DNA of 24,000 nucleotides from Bryobacterales bacterium (GCA_016713735.1 JADJOP010000001.1:131242-155241); one strand, 5' to 3'. Positions 8,386-16,650 are shown, numbered from the stretch's first letter. Numbers and translations: made by a program. Notes: a model not told the origin generated them from the sequence alone.

Positions 8386-10446
8386 TCGCGGTCTTCTCCT
8401 CGGAGTCGTGAACAGGTACGGTGAGCGATTGCAGCGGCGAGTAGATCTCCTGCTGCTGGCCGTCGATCATGAGGCGGCCGTTGATGCCGATGTTGTACTC
8501 GGCGGGCAGAGTGTTCTTTGTGGAAGTGACGAGAAACGTGCCACTTTTTGGGTTCGTTTTGTCACTTTTCATCTCGATGACGCGCAGGTCGATGAAGTTT
8601 GGCAGGTCCACGGAGACGGTTTCGGGCACGCGCTGCATCGAGTCGCGCAGGCGCCACTGCCAGCGGTAGCGGAACTCGAAGCCGGCCTCCTTCTTGGCCG
8701 TGGATTCGAGCTTGAGTTCGAGCGTGGCCGGGGCCGCCGAGGCGAGCATGGCGGGAAGCCGGTAGCCCAGGTGCGCGCCGGTGAGCGGGCGCTGGCGATC
8801 CACCACGCCCTGCGTCGTGGCCCCGGCAATGCCAATGGAATAAGCGATGCCGGTGGCTTCGCGCACGATGGGCTTGCCGTTGTCATCGATGCCGGTGACG
8901 CGAAATGAGAATTCCCCTTCCGAAAATGGCGAGTCCGCCGGGGCGGTGAGCGAAATGAAGCCGCGGCGGGCGTTAGAACGATTCGAGGGGTCGGCAATCT
9001 CCTGTGGAATGTTGCCGCCAGCCACGGCAACCCCCTTGGGCAGGTTGACAGCCTCGATGCGCAGCGCACCCGTGAATCCGCGGCGCTCGATGGCGAAATT
9101 GACGATGGCGCTGCCTCCGGCGGGAATGTTCACGTAAGGCGTTGCAATGACGGCGCGAAAATCGCGACTGCCGCGTGTGACGCTGAAACGGTAGGCGTAG
9201 TGCGCGCCGCCGCGCCGGGCGAGATCTTCCACCGTGACGGCGAGCTTGCGGACGCCCTCCGGCACGGTGAACTGCAGATACGGGTCGCCCAGCGTCCTGC
9301 TGCTGGCCTGCACCGCGGCCACATCCACCGGCAGCGGACCATCGCCGCCCGAAGCCAGCCGGTTGCCCTTCTCGTCATACACCGTGATCAGGCCGGTCAG
9401 CTTCGAAGTGCCCAATTCGCGCGCCTGAAGTTCGAACACGTAATCGTCGCCGGGCTTCACGTCGAGCTCATACTTGTCGACCTCGGCAGGCGCGGACAAG
9501 CGGGCGTTCACCGTGACCGGCACGGGCAACGCGCCGCTCACCGGTTCACGCACTTCGGGCAGGTCGCCCACGGCCAGCGGCAGCGGTAGCGACGGCGAAT
9601 TGGGCAGATTGACGAACACCTGCGGCGTGCGCGCCTCGCGCAGGTCGGCCTGAATCGTCGTCGTCCCGGCGTTGATGGCCACCTGCTCGCCACGGCGTCC
9701 GCCCAGCGGAAAGAGCTCACTGGCATAGGCGTAACTGCCCGTCTTGAGGCGATAGTAATTCTGCGCCTGCCGCGAGAAGCGCGCGTCATGCACCTCAACG
9801 TAATAGAAGCCCTCCTTGGGGAAGGTGAGGTCCAGGCGGGCGTCCAGGCTCAGCAGCGGGTCATCCTCGGAGCGGGCGATGCGCTTCCCTGCCCCGTCGT
9901 ACACCAGAATCACAGGGTCGATCGCCGACCCGGCGCGGCGCGCGTCCACTTCAAACACGCGGCGCTCGCCGGCCTTCACCTGCAGCCGGTACACATCGCG
10001 CTCCGCGCCCATCAGCGTTCCGTTGAGCGTGAGCGGTGAGGAAGGCAGTGTCTGCGCCTTCTCGATCGAATCGTTCTGATTCGGCAGCGAGCCTTCGCGC
10101 GACTCCTCTTCGGTGAGCTCAGGATACGCTCCGACGCTGAACATCAGAATGTTCGACAATCCCGACGCCGTCTTCACGCGCACCGTATAGACACCCACGC
10201 TCCACTCAGCTGTGGGCTCCACCAGAAAGGAGGCGCGGCGCGACTCCATCCCAGCTTGTCCACACCGAGAGACGTGAACGAGGCGGGGAGATTGGAGATC
10301 ACCGTGGCCCCTTCACCCAGGTCGCGGCCAACCACGGTGAGCGTGAAGGGCCGGCCCTTCTGTGCGCCGCGCGGTTGCAATTCGTTCAACGTCGGCGGAG
10401 CAGCGGCGAGCGCCGCGGCGAATGTGAGTGCGAGGGCAAGCTTCAC
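8360..10446 (-). pseudogene. Secreted Ig-like + tandem PPC-like (pre-peptidase C-terminal type) domain protein, interrupted by a frameshift near 10250
   Basis: The C-terminal 629-aa ORF spans 8360..10249. The N-terminal 64 codons read from GTG 10446 in another frame (VKLALALTFAAALAAAPPTLNELQPRGAQKGRPFTLTVVGRDLG...SLGVDKLG). GGAGG lies 6 nt upstream of that GTG. The total span of 2087 nt is not divisible by 3, and one extra G in the GGG run (10250-10252) joins the frames. There are two PPC-like units (DVYRLQVKAGERRVFEVDARR...ILVYDGAGKRIARSEDD; VDKYELDVKPGDDYVFELQAREL...ITVYDEKGNRLASGGDG). Confidence 0.7.
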
Positions 10447-11665
10447 TGCATGCCTCCAGTCTGAGCGGCGCCGGCCGAAAGCGGCACGGGAATGAACGAG
10501 CGGGCGAGCTTGCAGTCGCTCGTGCTGTAGATGCGGACCTTGCCATCGAAGCCGGCGGTGGCCAGTTGTGCGCCGTCGGGCGAAAAGGAGAGTGTGTAGA
10601 TGCCGGCCGCGTGGCCCTGGCAAGAGGCCTTGCGCTCACCGGTCGCGGCATCATAGAGATTCACATTGGGCGAAGCGCCGGCAACGGCTATGCGCGAACC
10701 GTCGGGCGACCAGTCGAGCGCCGTGATGGCGCCGTCCTGCCGTTCGAGTTTGCGCACCAGCGTCGTGTCGTCGGCGATCTTCATATTGCGCGGACGGTCC
10801 ATCAGATAGATGTAGGGATAGCGCTCTTCGCCACCGATCACGATCAGGTCCTGCTTCGGATGGCGCGCCACGGCCAGCAGTTCGCCTCGCAGCAGGTTAA
10901 GGTTCTCCAGGAACGCGCCGGAGCTGGCGTCGATCAATTTGGCGGCGCGATCGCGCCCCGTGGAGACGAAGCGCTTGGAGTCAACCCCGAACACAGTGGC
11001 CAGCACCCAGTTCTCGTGGTTGCCGATCTTATAAAGCTCCTTGGCGGTCGCGGTCTCAAAGACATGCACCGTGTTGTCGGCGCAGCCAACCGCGATCTTC
11101 GAACCATCTTGAGCAGTGAGCCGTCAGCATTGTAGGCCAGCGAGAGGATGCGCTCGGCCTGTCCCGGCAAACGATGCAAGAGGCGCGAACCGTCGCTTGC
11201 GTGAATGAGAATTTCGCCATTGCCGGAGACGGCGATCTGTTTCCCATCGGGCGAAAACTTGAGGGCGGTGATCACCGGCGGCTGCAGGTAGACCGATTCC
11301 CGCCGCGTCACGGGCGCCGCCGTTTCGTCGTTCTTCGCGCCGTCCAGGATCCACTCCTTCAGCAGCGCCACTTCGTTGGCGGGGAGTTCCGGCTGGCCCA
11401 GCGGCATGCGCGGTTGCACGGAGCCGCTGATGTAGCGAAGCGTCAGGCTCTCGTCCGGCGTTCCGGCGACGAAACCGGGACCGCGTTTCCCGCCTTTGGC
11501 GAAGGCTTCGAAAGTGGTGACATCGAGATCGGAGGCCTTCGAGGCAGGCTGATGGCAGCCCTGGCAGCGCTTTTGCAGAATGGGCCGGATGTCGCGTGAA
11601 AACGAAGGCGCGGCGCCAGCCAGCGCGCAGGCAGATAGAAATCCCAGAATGACTCTCAAACGCAT
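10443..11665 (-). pseudogene. PSCyt1 (CxxCH cytochrome-c-like) + WD40 beta-propeller protein, interrupted by a frameshift/possible internal deletion near 11100-11126
   Basis: The N-terminal part starts at ATG 11665: MRLRVILGFLSACALAGA signal, then IRPILQKRCQGCHQP...MPLGQPELPANEVALLKEWILDGA, then WD repeats up to ILSLAYNADGS. The C-terminal part lies in the frame of ORF 10443..11069, open from 11123: DGSKIAVGCADNTVHVFE...WSPDGSRIAVAG...FSPDGAQLATAGFDGKVRIY. The 1223-nt span is not divisible by 3. Confidence 0.7.
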
Positions 11666-11757
11666 GGTGAGCCCCGCGAGAGGGGAATGACTGGAGCATA
11701 TCACTTGGGGCGCGGCTCTGTGGCCGGCGGGTGGTCCTGTTGACATAAGCTATTCCC

Positions 11758-13602
11758 ATGACCTGGACGAGGCGGGATGTGCTGTCATCGGCTCTGCTGG
11801 CGCTGCCGGCCTGGGCCGCCAAGAGCGGCGAGGGCGATTGGGGCTACTACGGCGGCGATGCCGCGGCCACGCGCTTTTCCCCCTTGCAGCAGATCAAGCG
11901 GTCGAACGCCTCGAAATTGAAGGTGGCCTGGACGCATGCGTGCGGCGACGCCTCGCAGCGCCCGCTCACCACCATCGAGTGCACACCCATCGTCGTGGGC
12001 GGCGTGATGGTTCTGACGACCCCGCGCGTGCAGGTGCGCGCGTTGAACGCGGCCACCGGTCAGCCGCTCTGGAACTACAATCCGCTCGGCTCGTCGAGGC
12101 GCGCAACAGGCGTCAACCGCGGCGTCACCTGGTTTGAAGACGGCAAGGACAAGCGCGTGTTCGCGGCCATCCAGGACAAGTTGCACTGCCTCAACCCGTC
12201 CACAGGCGAGCCGGTGAAAGGCTTCGGCGACAACGGCATCGTCAACCTGGCGGCGCAGTTTGACAGCGACATGCAGGGCCTCAGCTACCGCGTCACCAGC
12301 CCACCCGTGATCGTCGAGGACACGCTCATCATCGGCGGGGGCGGCGGCGAAGGGCCGCGCCCCGAAGCGCCCGGTCACATCCGCGGCTACGACGTCTACA
12401 CCGGCAAGCGCAAGTGGATCTTCCACACCATTCCCCACACGGGCGAGCGAGGTGCGGACACCTGGCCGAAGGACGCCTGGAAGCGCAACGGCTCGGCCGG
12501 CAACTGGTGCGGCATTAGCGCTGACCTGAAACGGAAATGGGTCTTCGTGCCCACCGGTTCGGCGACCTTCGATTTCTATGGCGGCGACCGCCACGGCGAC
12601 AACCTCTTCAGCGATTGCGTGCTCGCCCTCGACGCGCTCACCGGGCGGCTCATCTGGCACTACCAAACGGTTCGCCACGACGTGTGGGATTACGACCTGC
12701 CCGCGCAGCCTGCCCTCGTCACCGTGCGTCATCAGGGCAAAATGCGCGACGCCGTGGCGCAGGTGACCAAGACCGGCTTTGTCTTCCTGCTCGACCGCGA
12801 AACCGGCAAGCCGCTATTTCCTGTCGAAGAACGCAAAGTCCCCGCAAGCGACGTGGAGGGCGAGAAGCTTGCCGAGACGCAGCGCTTCCCTGTGAAGCCG
12901 CTGCCCCTCTCGCGGCTCGAGGTGAACGAGGATCTGCTCACCGACATCTCACCCGAGGCGCGCGCGTTCGCCTTGAAGAAGTTCCGCTCGCTGCGCGGAG
13001 GTGTGCCGTTTGCCCCGCCCAGCCTGCAAGGCACCATCTTCTCCCCCGGCACGCTCGGCGGCGCGCTGTGGGGCGGCTGCGCCATCGATCCCTCGTCGCA
13101 GCGGCTGTTCGTCAATTCGAGCGAGCTGCCGAGCATCGTCCAGCTTGTGGATGAGCGCGGCAAGAAACCCTATCCGTTCGGCATCACCGGCTATGCCAAG
13201 TTCATCGACGAAGAGGGCTTCCCGGCCGTGAAGCCACCCTGGGGGCATCTCACGGCGATTGATTTGAAGACCGGCGATTTCGCCTGGCGCGAGGTGATGG
13301 GCGAGTATCCGAAGCTGACTGCGCGCGGCGTGAAGAAGACCGGCTCATATCAGTTGGGCGGCTGCATTGCCACCGCCGGCGGACTCGTGTTTCTTGCCGC
13401 GACGCCGGATGAGAAGATCCGCGCCGTCGATTCCGGAACTGGCGATGTGGTGTGGGAGCACAAGCTGCCCGCGGGCGGCTATGCGACCCCCGCGACCTAC
13501 GCCGTCAACGGAAAACAATTTGTGGTGATCGCGTGCGGCGGCGGCAACCGGCAGCCCACGCCTGCAGGCGATCAATACGTCGCATTCAGCTTGGAGGGAT
13601 GA
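11758..13602 (+). CDS. PQQ-dependent dehydrogenase (glucose/quinate/shikimate quinoprotein family, soluble form) with Tat-like signal
   Basis: 614-aa ORF. The N-terminus is [23 protein letters not shown], followed by [23 protein letters not shown]-propeller blocks are present ([52 protein letters not shown]). Confidence 0.85.
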   Translation: MTWTRRDVLSSALLALPAWAAKSGEGDWGYYGGDAAATRFSPLQQIKRSNASKLKVAWTHACGDASQRPLTTIECTPIVVGGVMVLTTPRVQVRALNAATGQPLWNYNPLGSSRRATGVNRGVTWFEDGKDKRVFAAIQDKLHCLNPSTGEPVKGFGDNGIVNLAAQFDSDMQGLSYRVTSPPVIVEDTLIIGGGGGEGPRPEAPGHIRGYDVYTGKRKWIFHTIPHTGERGADTWPKDAWKRNGSAGNWCGISADLKRKWVFVPTGSATFDFYGGDRHGDNLFSDCVLALDALTGRLIWHYQTVRHDVWDYDLPAQPALVTVRHQGKMRDAVAQVTKTGFVFLLDRETGKPLFPVEERKVPASDVEGEKLAETQRFPVKPLPLSRLEVNEDLLTDISPEARAFALKKFRSLRGGVPFAPPSLQGTIFSPGTLGGALWGGCAIDPSSQRLFVNSSELPSIVQLVDERGKKPYPFGITGYAKFIDEEGFPAVKPPWGHLTAIDLKTGDFAWREVMGEYPKLTARGVKKTGSYQLGGCIATAGGLVFLAATPDEKIRAVDSGTGDVVWEHKLPAGGYATPATYAVNGKQFVVIACGGGNRQPTPAGDQYVAFSLEG

Positions 13603-14351
13603 GAGTGACCAAGGTGGCTTTGGTAACGGGCGCGGGCAGCGGCGTCGGCCGCGCGGCGGCGCTCGGTCTGCATGCAGCAGGATTCGCCGTCGTGCTCGCC
13701 GGGCGGCGCAAGGAGGAGTTGGAGAAGACGGCCGCGAGGGGAACCGGCGGGCCCGCCATGCTCGCCGTGGCCTGCGACGTAACCCAGCCTGACCAGGTGA
13801 AGGCGCTGTTTGGCACGATCGAGCGCACGCACGGCCGGCTCGATGTGCTCTTCAACAACGCCGGCAAAGGCGCGCCGGCGATTCCGATGGAGGATCTCAG
13901 CTTTGAGCAGTGGAACTCCGTGGTGGCGGTGAACCTCACCGGGGCCTTTCTCTGCGCGCAAGAGGCGATGCGGCTCATGAAGAGACAGTCGCCGCGCGGC
14001 GGCCGCATCATCAACAACGGCTCCATCTCCGCCTACACACCCAGGCCGCATTCGGCCCCCTACACGGCCACCAAACACGCCATCACCGGCCTCACCAAAA
14101 GCATCTCACTCGACGGCCGCGACTTCGACATTGCCTGCGGGCAGATCGACATCGGCAATGCCGCCACCGAGATGACCGAGCGCATGACCCAGGGCGTCAT
14201 CCAACCCGATGGCTCGATGAAGGTGGAGCCGCGCATCGAGGCCAGGCATGTGGCCGACGCCGTCGTCTACATGGCCAGCCTGCCGCTGGACGCCAACGTC
14301 CCCACCATCACCGTGATGGCGACGAAGATGCCGTTTGCCGGCCGCGGCTAG
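13599..14351 (+). CDS. SDR-family oxidoreductase
   Basis: Start ATG 13599 overlaps the upstream TGA (ATGA). The translation [21 protein letters not shown] contains TGxxxGxG. NNAG and the catalytic YTATKHAI (YxxxK) are present. The track's upstream extension to 13452 lies inside the PQQ gene and is Arg-rich nonsense. Confidence 0.85.
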   Translation: MRVTKVALVTGAGSGVGRAAALGLHAAGFAVVLAGRRKEELEKTAARGTGGPAMLAVACDVTQPDQVKALFGTIERTHGRLDVLFNNAGKGAPAIPMEDLSFEQWNSVVAVNLTGAFLCAQEAMRLMKRQSPRGGRIINNGSISAYTPRPHSAPYTATKHAITGLTKSISLDGRDFDIACGQIDIGNAATEMTERMTQGVIQPDGSMKVEPRIEARHVADAVVYMASLPLDANVPTITVMATKMPFAGRG

Positions 14352-14773
14352 GATAAACGCGGCGCGTACCGGATCTGGTCGTAGAGTTCGCGCGGCAGAC
14401 TGATCGCGCCGACTGGGGGACGCCCCGCCTGAAGCCGGATCGCATCCCGGCGGTAGACGCGCACCTGCGCCGGACTGTGGAGTTCCGCCCACGGTATCGA
14501 CAGCGCGGGGAAGCCGAAGAGGGCGGGCGACCGCAGATGCAGGCAGGCATGCGTCGCGGCGGCGCTCACGCAGTTGCGGTAGCGCACCGGGCCAACCTGA
14601 ATCGTCTGCCCGCGCCATGTCCACGCCGGCGCGGGGTTCGTAACCGGATAGCGCACGGCGAGCCGGTTCCAACCGCTCAGGCGGGCAAATACGGCGCGAA
14701 CACCCAGCCACAGCAGCGCACCCCACAGGGCAATCGCCGCGAGAATGGCGGCCACGAAAAGCGCCTCGTGCAC
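14348..14773 (-). CDS. Hypothetical single-pass membrane protein
   Basis: This is part of ORF 14348..15097. A hydrophobic helix ([22 protein letters not shown]) is followed by a ~110-aa domain I do not recognise. The GTG 14773 start is chosen because it leaves a 100-bp divergent intergenic region; ATG 14875 is an alternative. Its stop shares the tetranucleotide CTAG with the SDR stop. Confidence 0.4.
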   Translation of the reverse strand: MHEALFVAAILAAIALWGALLWLGVRAVFARLSGWNRLAVRYPVTNPAPAWTWRGQTIQVGPVRYRNCVSAAATHACLHLRSPALFGFPALSIPWAELHSPAQVRVYRRDAIRLQAGRPPVGAISLPRELYDQIRYAPRLS

Positions 14774-14873
14774 GCCCTGATTGTAGCGCCGCCTCGCGCC
14801 GCCGGCGAGGGCATTGCGGCACGGTTTATTCCGAAATGGAGCTCTGCTAGCCTTGGGGCGCACGGAGGCTTTC

Positions 14874-15905
14874 ATGAAGTGGTTTGTCCTGATCGTCAGC
14901 GCCACCTTGCTCAACGCGGAGATGACCCATTTCCGCAAGGTGGCCGAGCCTCGCGAAGGCGCTTTCACTCTGCTCATACCCAGCGGCTGGCAGGTGTCGG
15001 GCGGCATCCTGCGCGTCAATCCCTTAACCGCCGGAGGGCCGCTGAACTCCATCGCCGCAAAACTGGAGATGAGCATCCGCAGCCCTGACGGACGCACGCT
15101 GCTGCAGTGGTATCCGGAGATGAACTACATCGACCTGCGCGGGCAACCGGCCGCGCCGATGTTCCGGCCCGGCAGCAACTACAACGGCGCGCTGGTGTGG
15201 CCGAAGTTGAACGCCGCCAGCTACCTGCAGCAAGGCGTCTTCGCGCGGGCCCATCCGCGAGCAAGCGCGGTGAAGGTGAGCGGAACCTATCCGTTGCCGC
15301 GCGTGGCGGCCGGCTATCAGGAGGTGGTGCGGCAGATGCGCCTCCCGATTGTGTTTCAATTTGACGCGGCGCTGATGATCGTGCGCTACCAGGAAGGCGG
15401 CGCGCAGTGGGAGGAGGCGCTCTACACGGCTGTGCAGGATTGGGGTCCGGCCGGGGCGGGGCTGTGGACGAACAAGGATACGTTCTCAGTCCGCACCAGC
15501 GGCGGTTCGCTTGAGCAACTGGGGCGGGTCATCTCCGTCATGCTGCAATCGGTGCAGTTGAATCCGCGCTGGGTCGAGGGCGAAATCCGCGGCCAGATCC
15601 AGCGCAACGAGATCGCCATCCGCACACAGGAGGAGATCCAGCGCCTCGATCGCGAGATCGTCGAACACCGCAGGCGCACGAATGCCGAAATTCAGAATCA
15701 GATGTACCACAACCTGATGGGCACCGATGAGTATGTCAACCCGCTCACCAGGAAGACCGAAGTGGGCTCCAACGCCTGGAACTACCGCTGGGTGAACGCC
15801 CAGGGTGAAGCCATTTATAGCGATGACATGAACTTCGATCCGAAGCGGCAGGGCCTCGAAGGCTTCGTCAAGAGCCCCGTGCGGAAGCGGTTTCCACAGC
15901 AGTAG
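14874..15905 (+). CDS. Hypothetical secreted protein (no recognised domain; C-terminal coiled-coil-like segment)
   Basis: ATG 14874 is preceded by GGAGG (14864-14868). The signal-like N-terminus is MKWFVLIVSATLLNAE. The 343-aa sequence has non-shadow amino-acid composition (Trp/Tyr/Asn/Gln rich). A coiled segment reads EIRGQIQRNEIAIRTQEEIQRLDREIVEHRRRTNAEIQNQ. Confidence 0.65.
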   Translation: MKWFVLIVSATLLNAEMTHFRKVAEPREGAFTLLIPSGWQVSGGILRVNPLTAGGPLNSIAAKLEMSIRSPDGRTLLQWYPEMNYIDLRGQPAAPMFRPGSNYNGALVWPKLNAASYLQQGVFARAHPRASAVKVSGTYPLPRVAAGYQEVVRQMRLPIVFQFDAALMIVRYQEGGAQWEEALYTAVQDWGPAGAGLWTNKDTFSVRTSGGSLEQLGRVISVMLQSVQLNPRWVEGEIRGQIQRNEIAIRTQEEIQRLDREIVEHRRRTNAEIQNQMYHNLMGTDEYVNPLTRKTEVGSNAWNYRWVNAQGEAIYSDDMNFDPKRQGLEGFVKSPVRKRFPQQ

Positions 15906-15928
15906 CGGTGCTGGGCCAGGAGCCGCCC

Positions 15929-16528
15929 TCAGCGGCGGAACAGATAGACGACCCCGCCCAGCACATCGCCGGGCTTCACCTTCGCGGCGGCATCCAGCCT
16001 CGCCGCGCCGCCGTTGTGACACTGCGCGCAGGTTTCCTTGGCCGCGGCGACGGGGCGCGCGTGCAGGGTCCAGCCATTCACGACAGCCACATGCGAGGTG
16101 GCTCCCAGTTCGAACTGGTGCATCGCTTCCGCGGCAACCGGATAGACCTCTTCCCACTTCGGCAGTTCACCGCGCGGCGTTGCTTCGTGCAACACACCCG
16201 GACCTTTCAGCGCGCGATGAAAGCGCGTCGCGGCGGCCTCGTTCTTGATCGACGCGCCGAAGACGTAGAGCCCCGACTGCCAGCCGTCCCGCGACCAGCG
16301 GTCGATGATCACGCGCTCTTCGGCGTTCTCCGGCGCGAAGTCGGTCTTCGCCCCCAGCGGCGCGCTGAAGTGATGGCCCAGCGTGTTCCAGCGCACAATC
16401 CGGCTCATGCCAAAACCGCGCCCATCGGAGAAACGGCGCAACATCTGCGAGTGAAACTCATCGATGGCCGGCGGCGGAGCGGACTCAGGCCAGCGGACCA
16501 GCAACAACAGCAAAGCGAACGGGAGCAT
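15929..16528 (-). CDS. Periplasmic c-type heme-binding protein candidate (CxxCH; DUF3365/Tll0287-like by motif layout)
   Basis: ATG 16528 has GGAGG 7 nt upstream. The signal peptide is MLPFALLLLLVRWPESA. A single CAQCH motif near the C-terminus is followed by ...KPGDVLGGVVYLF, which resembles the C-terminal layout of DUF3365 proteins. The family call is from memory only. Confidence 0.55.
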   Translation of the reverse strand: MLPFALLLLLVRWPESAPPPAIDEFHSQMLRRFSDGRGFGMSRIVRWNTLGHHFSAPLGAKTDFAPENAEERVIIDRWSRDGWQSGLYVFGASIKNEAAATRFHRALKGPGVLHEATPRGELPKWEEVYPVAAEAMHQFELGATSHVAVVNGWTLHARPVAAAKETCAQCHNGGAARLDAAAKVKPGDVLGGVVYLFRR

Positions 16529-16590
16529 GCGTTGACCTCCACGGGAGCAGACGCGCACACCGGCGATGGGTGAGCGCGAGATACGGGCCT

Positions 16591-16617
16591 AAGTATACTT
16601 TGTGACAAAAAGTACTT
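16591..16617. promoter_or_regulatory. Pair of related palindromes (candidate operator) in the divergent intergenic region
   Basis: AAGTATACTT (16591-16600) and AAGTACTT (16610-16617) are both perfect palindromes sharing AAGTA/TACTT arms. They are 9 nt apart, and the second overlaps the candidate -35. Confidence 0.25.
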
Positions 16618-16644
16618 GACGATAGCCCTCAACGACCGCACAAT
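16616..16644 (+). promoter_or_regulatory. Candidate sigma70-like promoter for the CreD-like gene (would give a leaderless or near-leaderless mRNA)
   Basis: TTGACG (16616-16621), a 17-nt spacer, then CACAAT (16639-16644). The ATG at 16651 lies 6 nt after the -10 element, and no Shine-Dalgarno is visible upstream. Motif match only. Confidence 0.25.
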
Positions 16645-16650
16645 GGCTCC

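Noticed and set aside
10247-10255. Programmed -1 ribosomal frameshifting as the explanation for the three split genes (also at 11100-11126 and 21034-21042)
   Set aside because: There is no X-XXY-YYZ slippery heptamer at any of the three sites and no obvious downstream stimulatory hairpin or pseudoknot. These gene families are not known to use recoding. An indel (sequencing or mutational) is the simpler explanation.
11740-11745. TTGACA hexamer upstream of the PQQ dehydrogenase, considered as a -35 element
   Set aside because: It sits only 12 nt before the ATG (11758), so it cannot serve as a -35 for that start. The ATG is supported by the Tat-like signal peptide.
11666-11746. Upstream extension of the cytochrome/WD40 ORF (track start 11746); similarly 13452-13598 for the SDR and 14814-14873 for the 343-aa protein
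   Set aside because: The internal ATGs give proper signal peptides or Rossmann N-termini and, in two cases, good SD sequences. The extensions are compositionally nonsense or overlap the neighbouring gene.
11785-12732. 315-aa minus-strand ORF, plus other 60-320-aa ORFs overlapping the PQQ dehydrogenase, czcB (1001..1969), czcC (2651..3238) and VWA-like (22199..23029) genes
   Set aside because: All are antisense or out-of-frame shadows of genes with strong family signatures. They have Arg/Pro/Ala/Gly-rich nonsense compositions.
15906-15945. GC-rich inverted repeat (GCCGC...GCGGC) between the convergent 343-aa gene and the heme-protein gene, considered as a bidirectional terminator
   Set aside because: The stem lies mostly inside the heme-protein coding end (stop at 15929-15931), is only 5 bp long and has no flanking T/A tracts.
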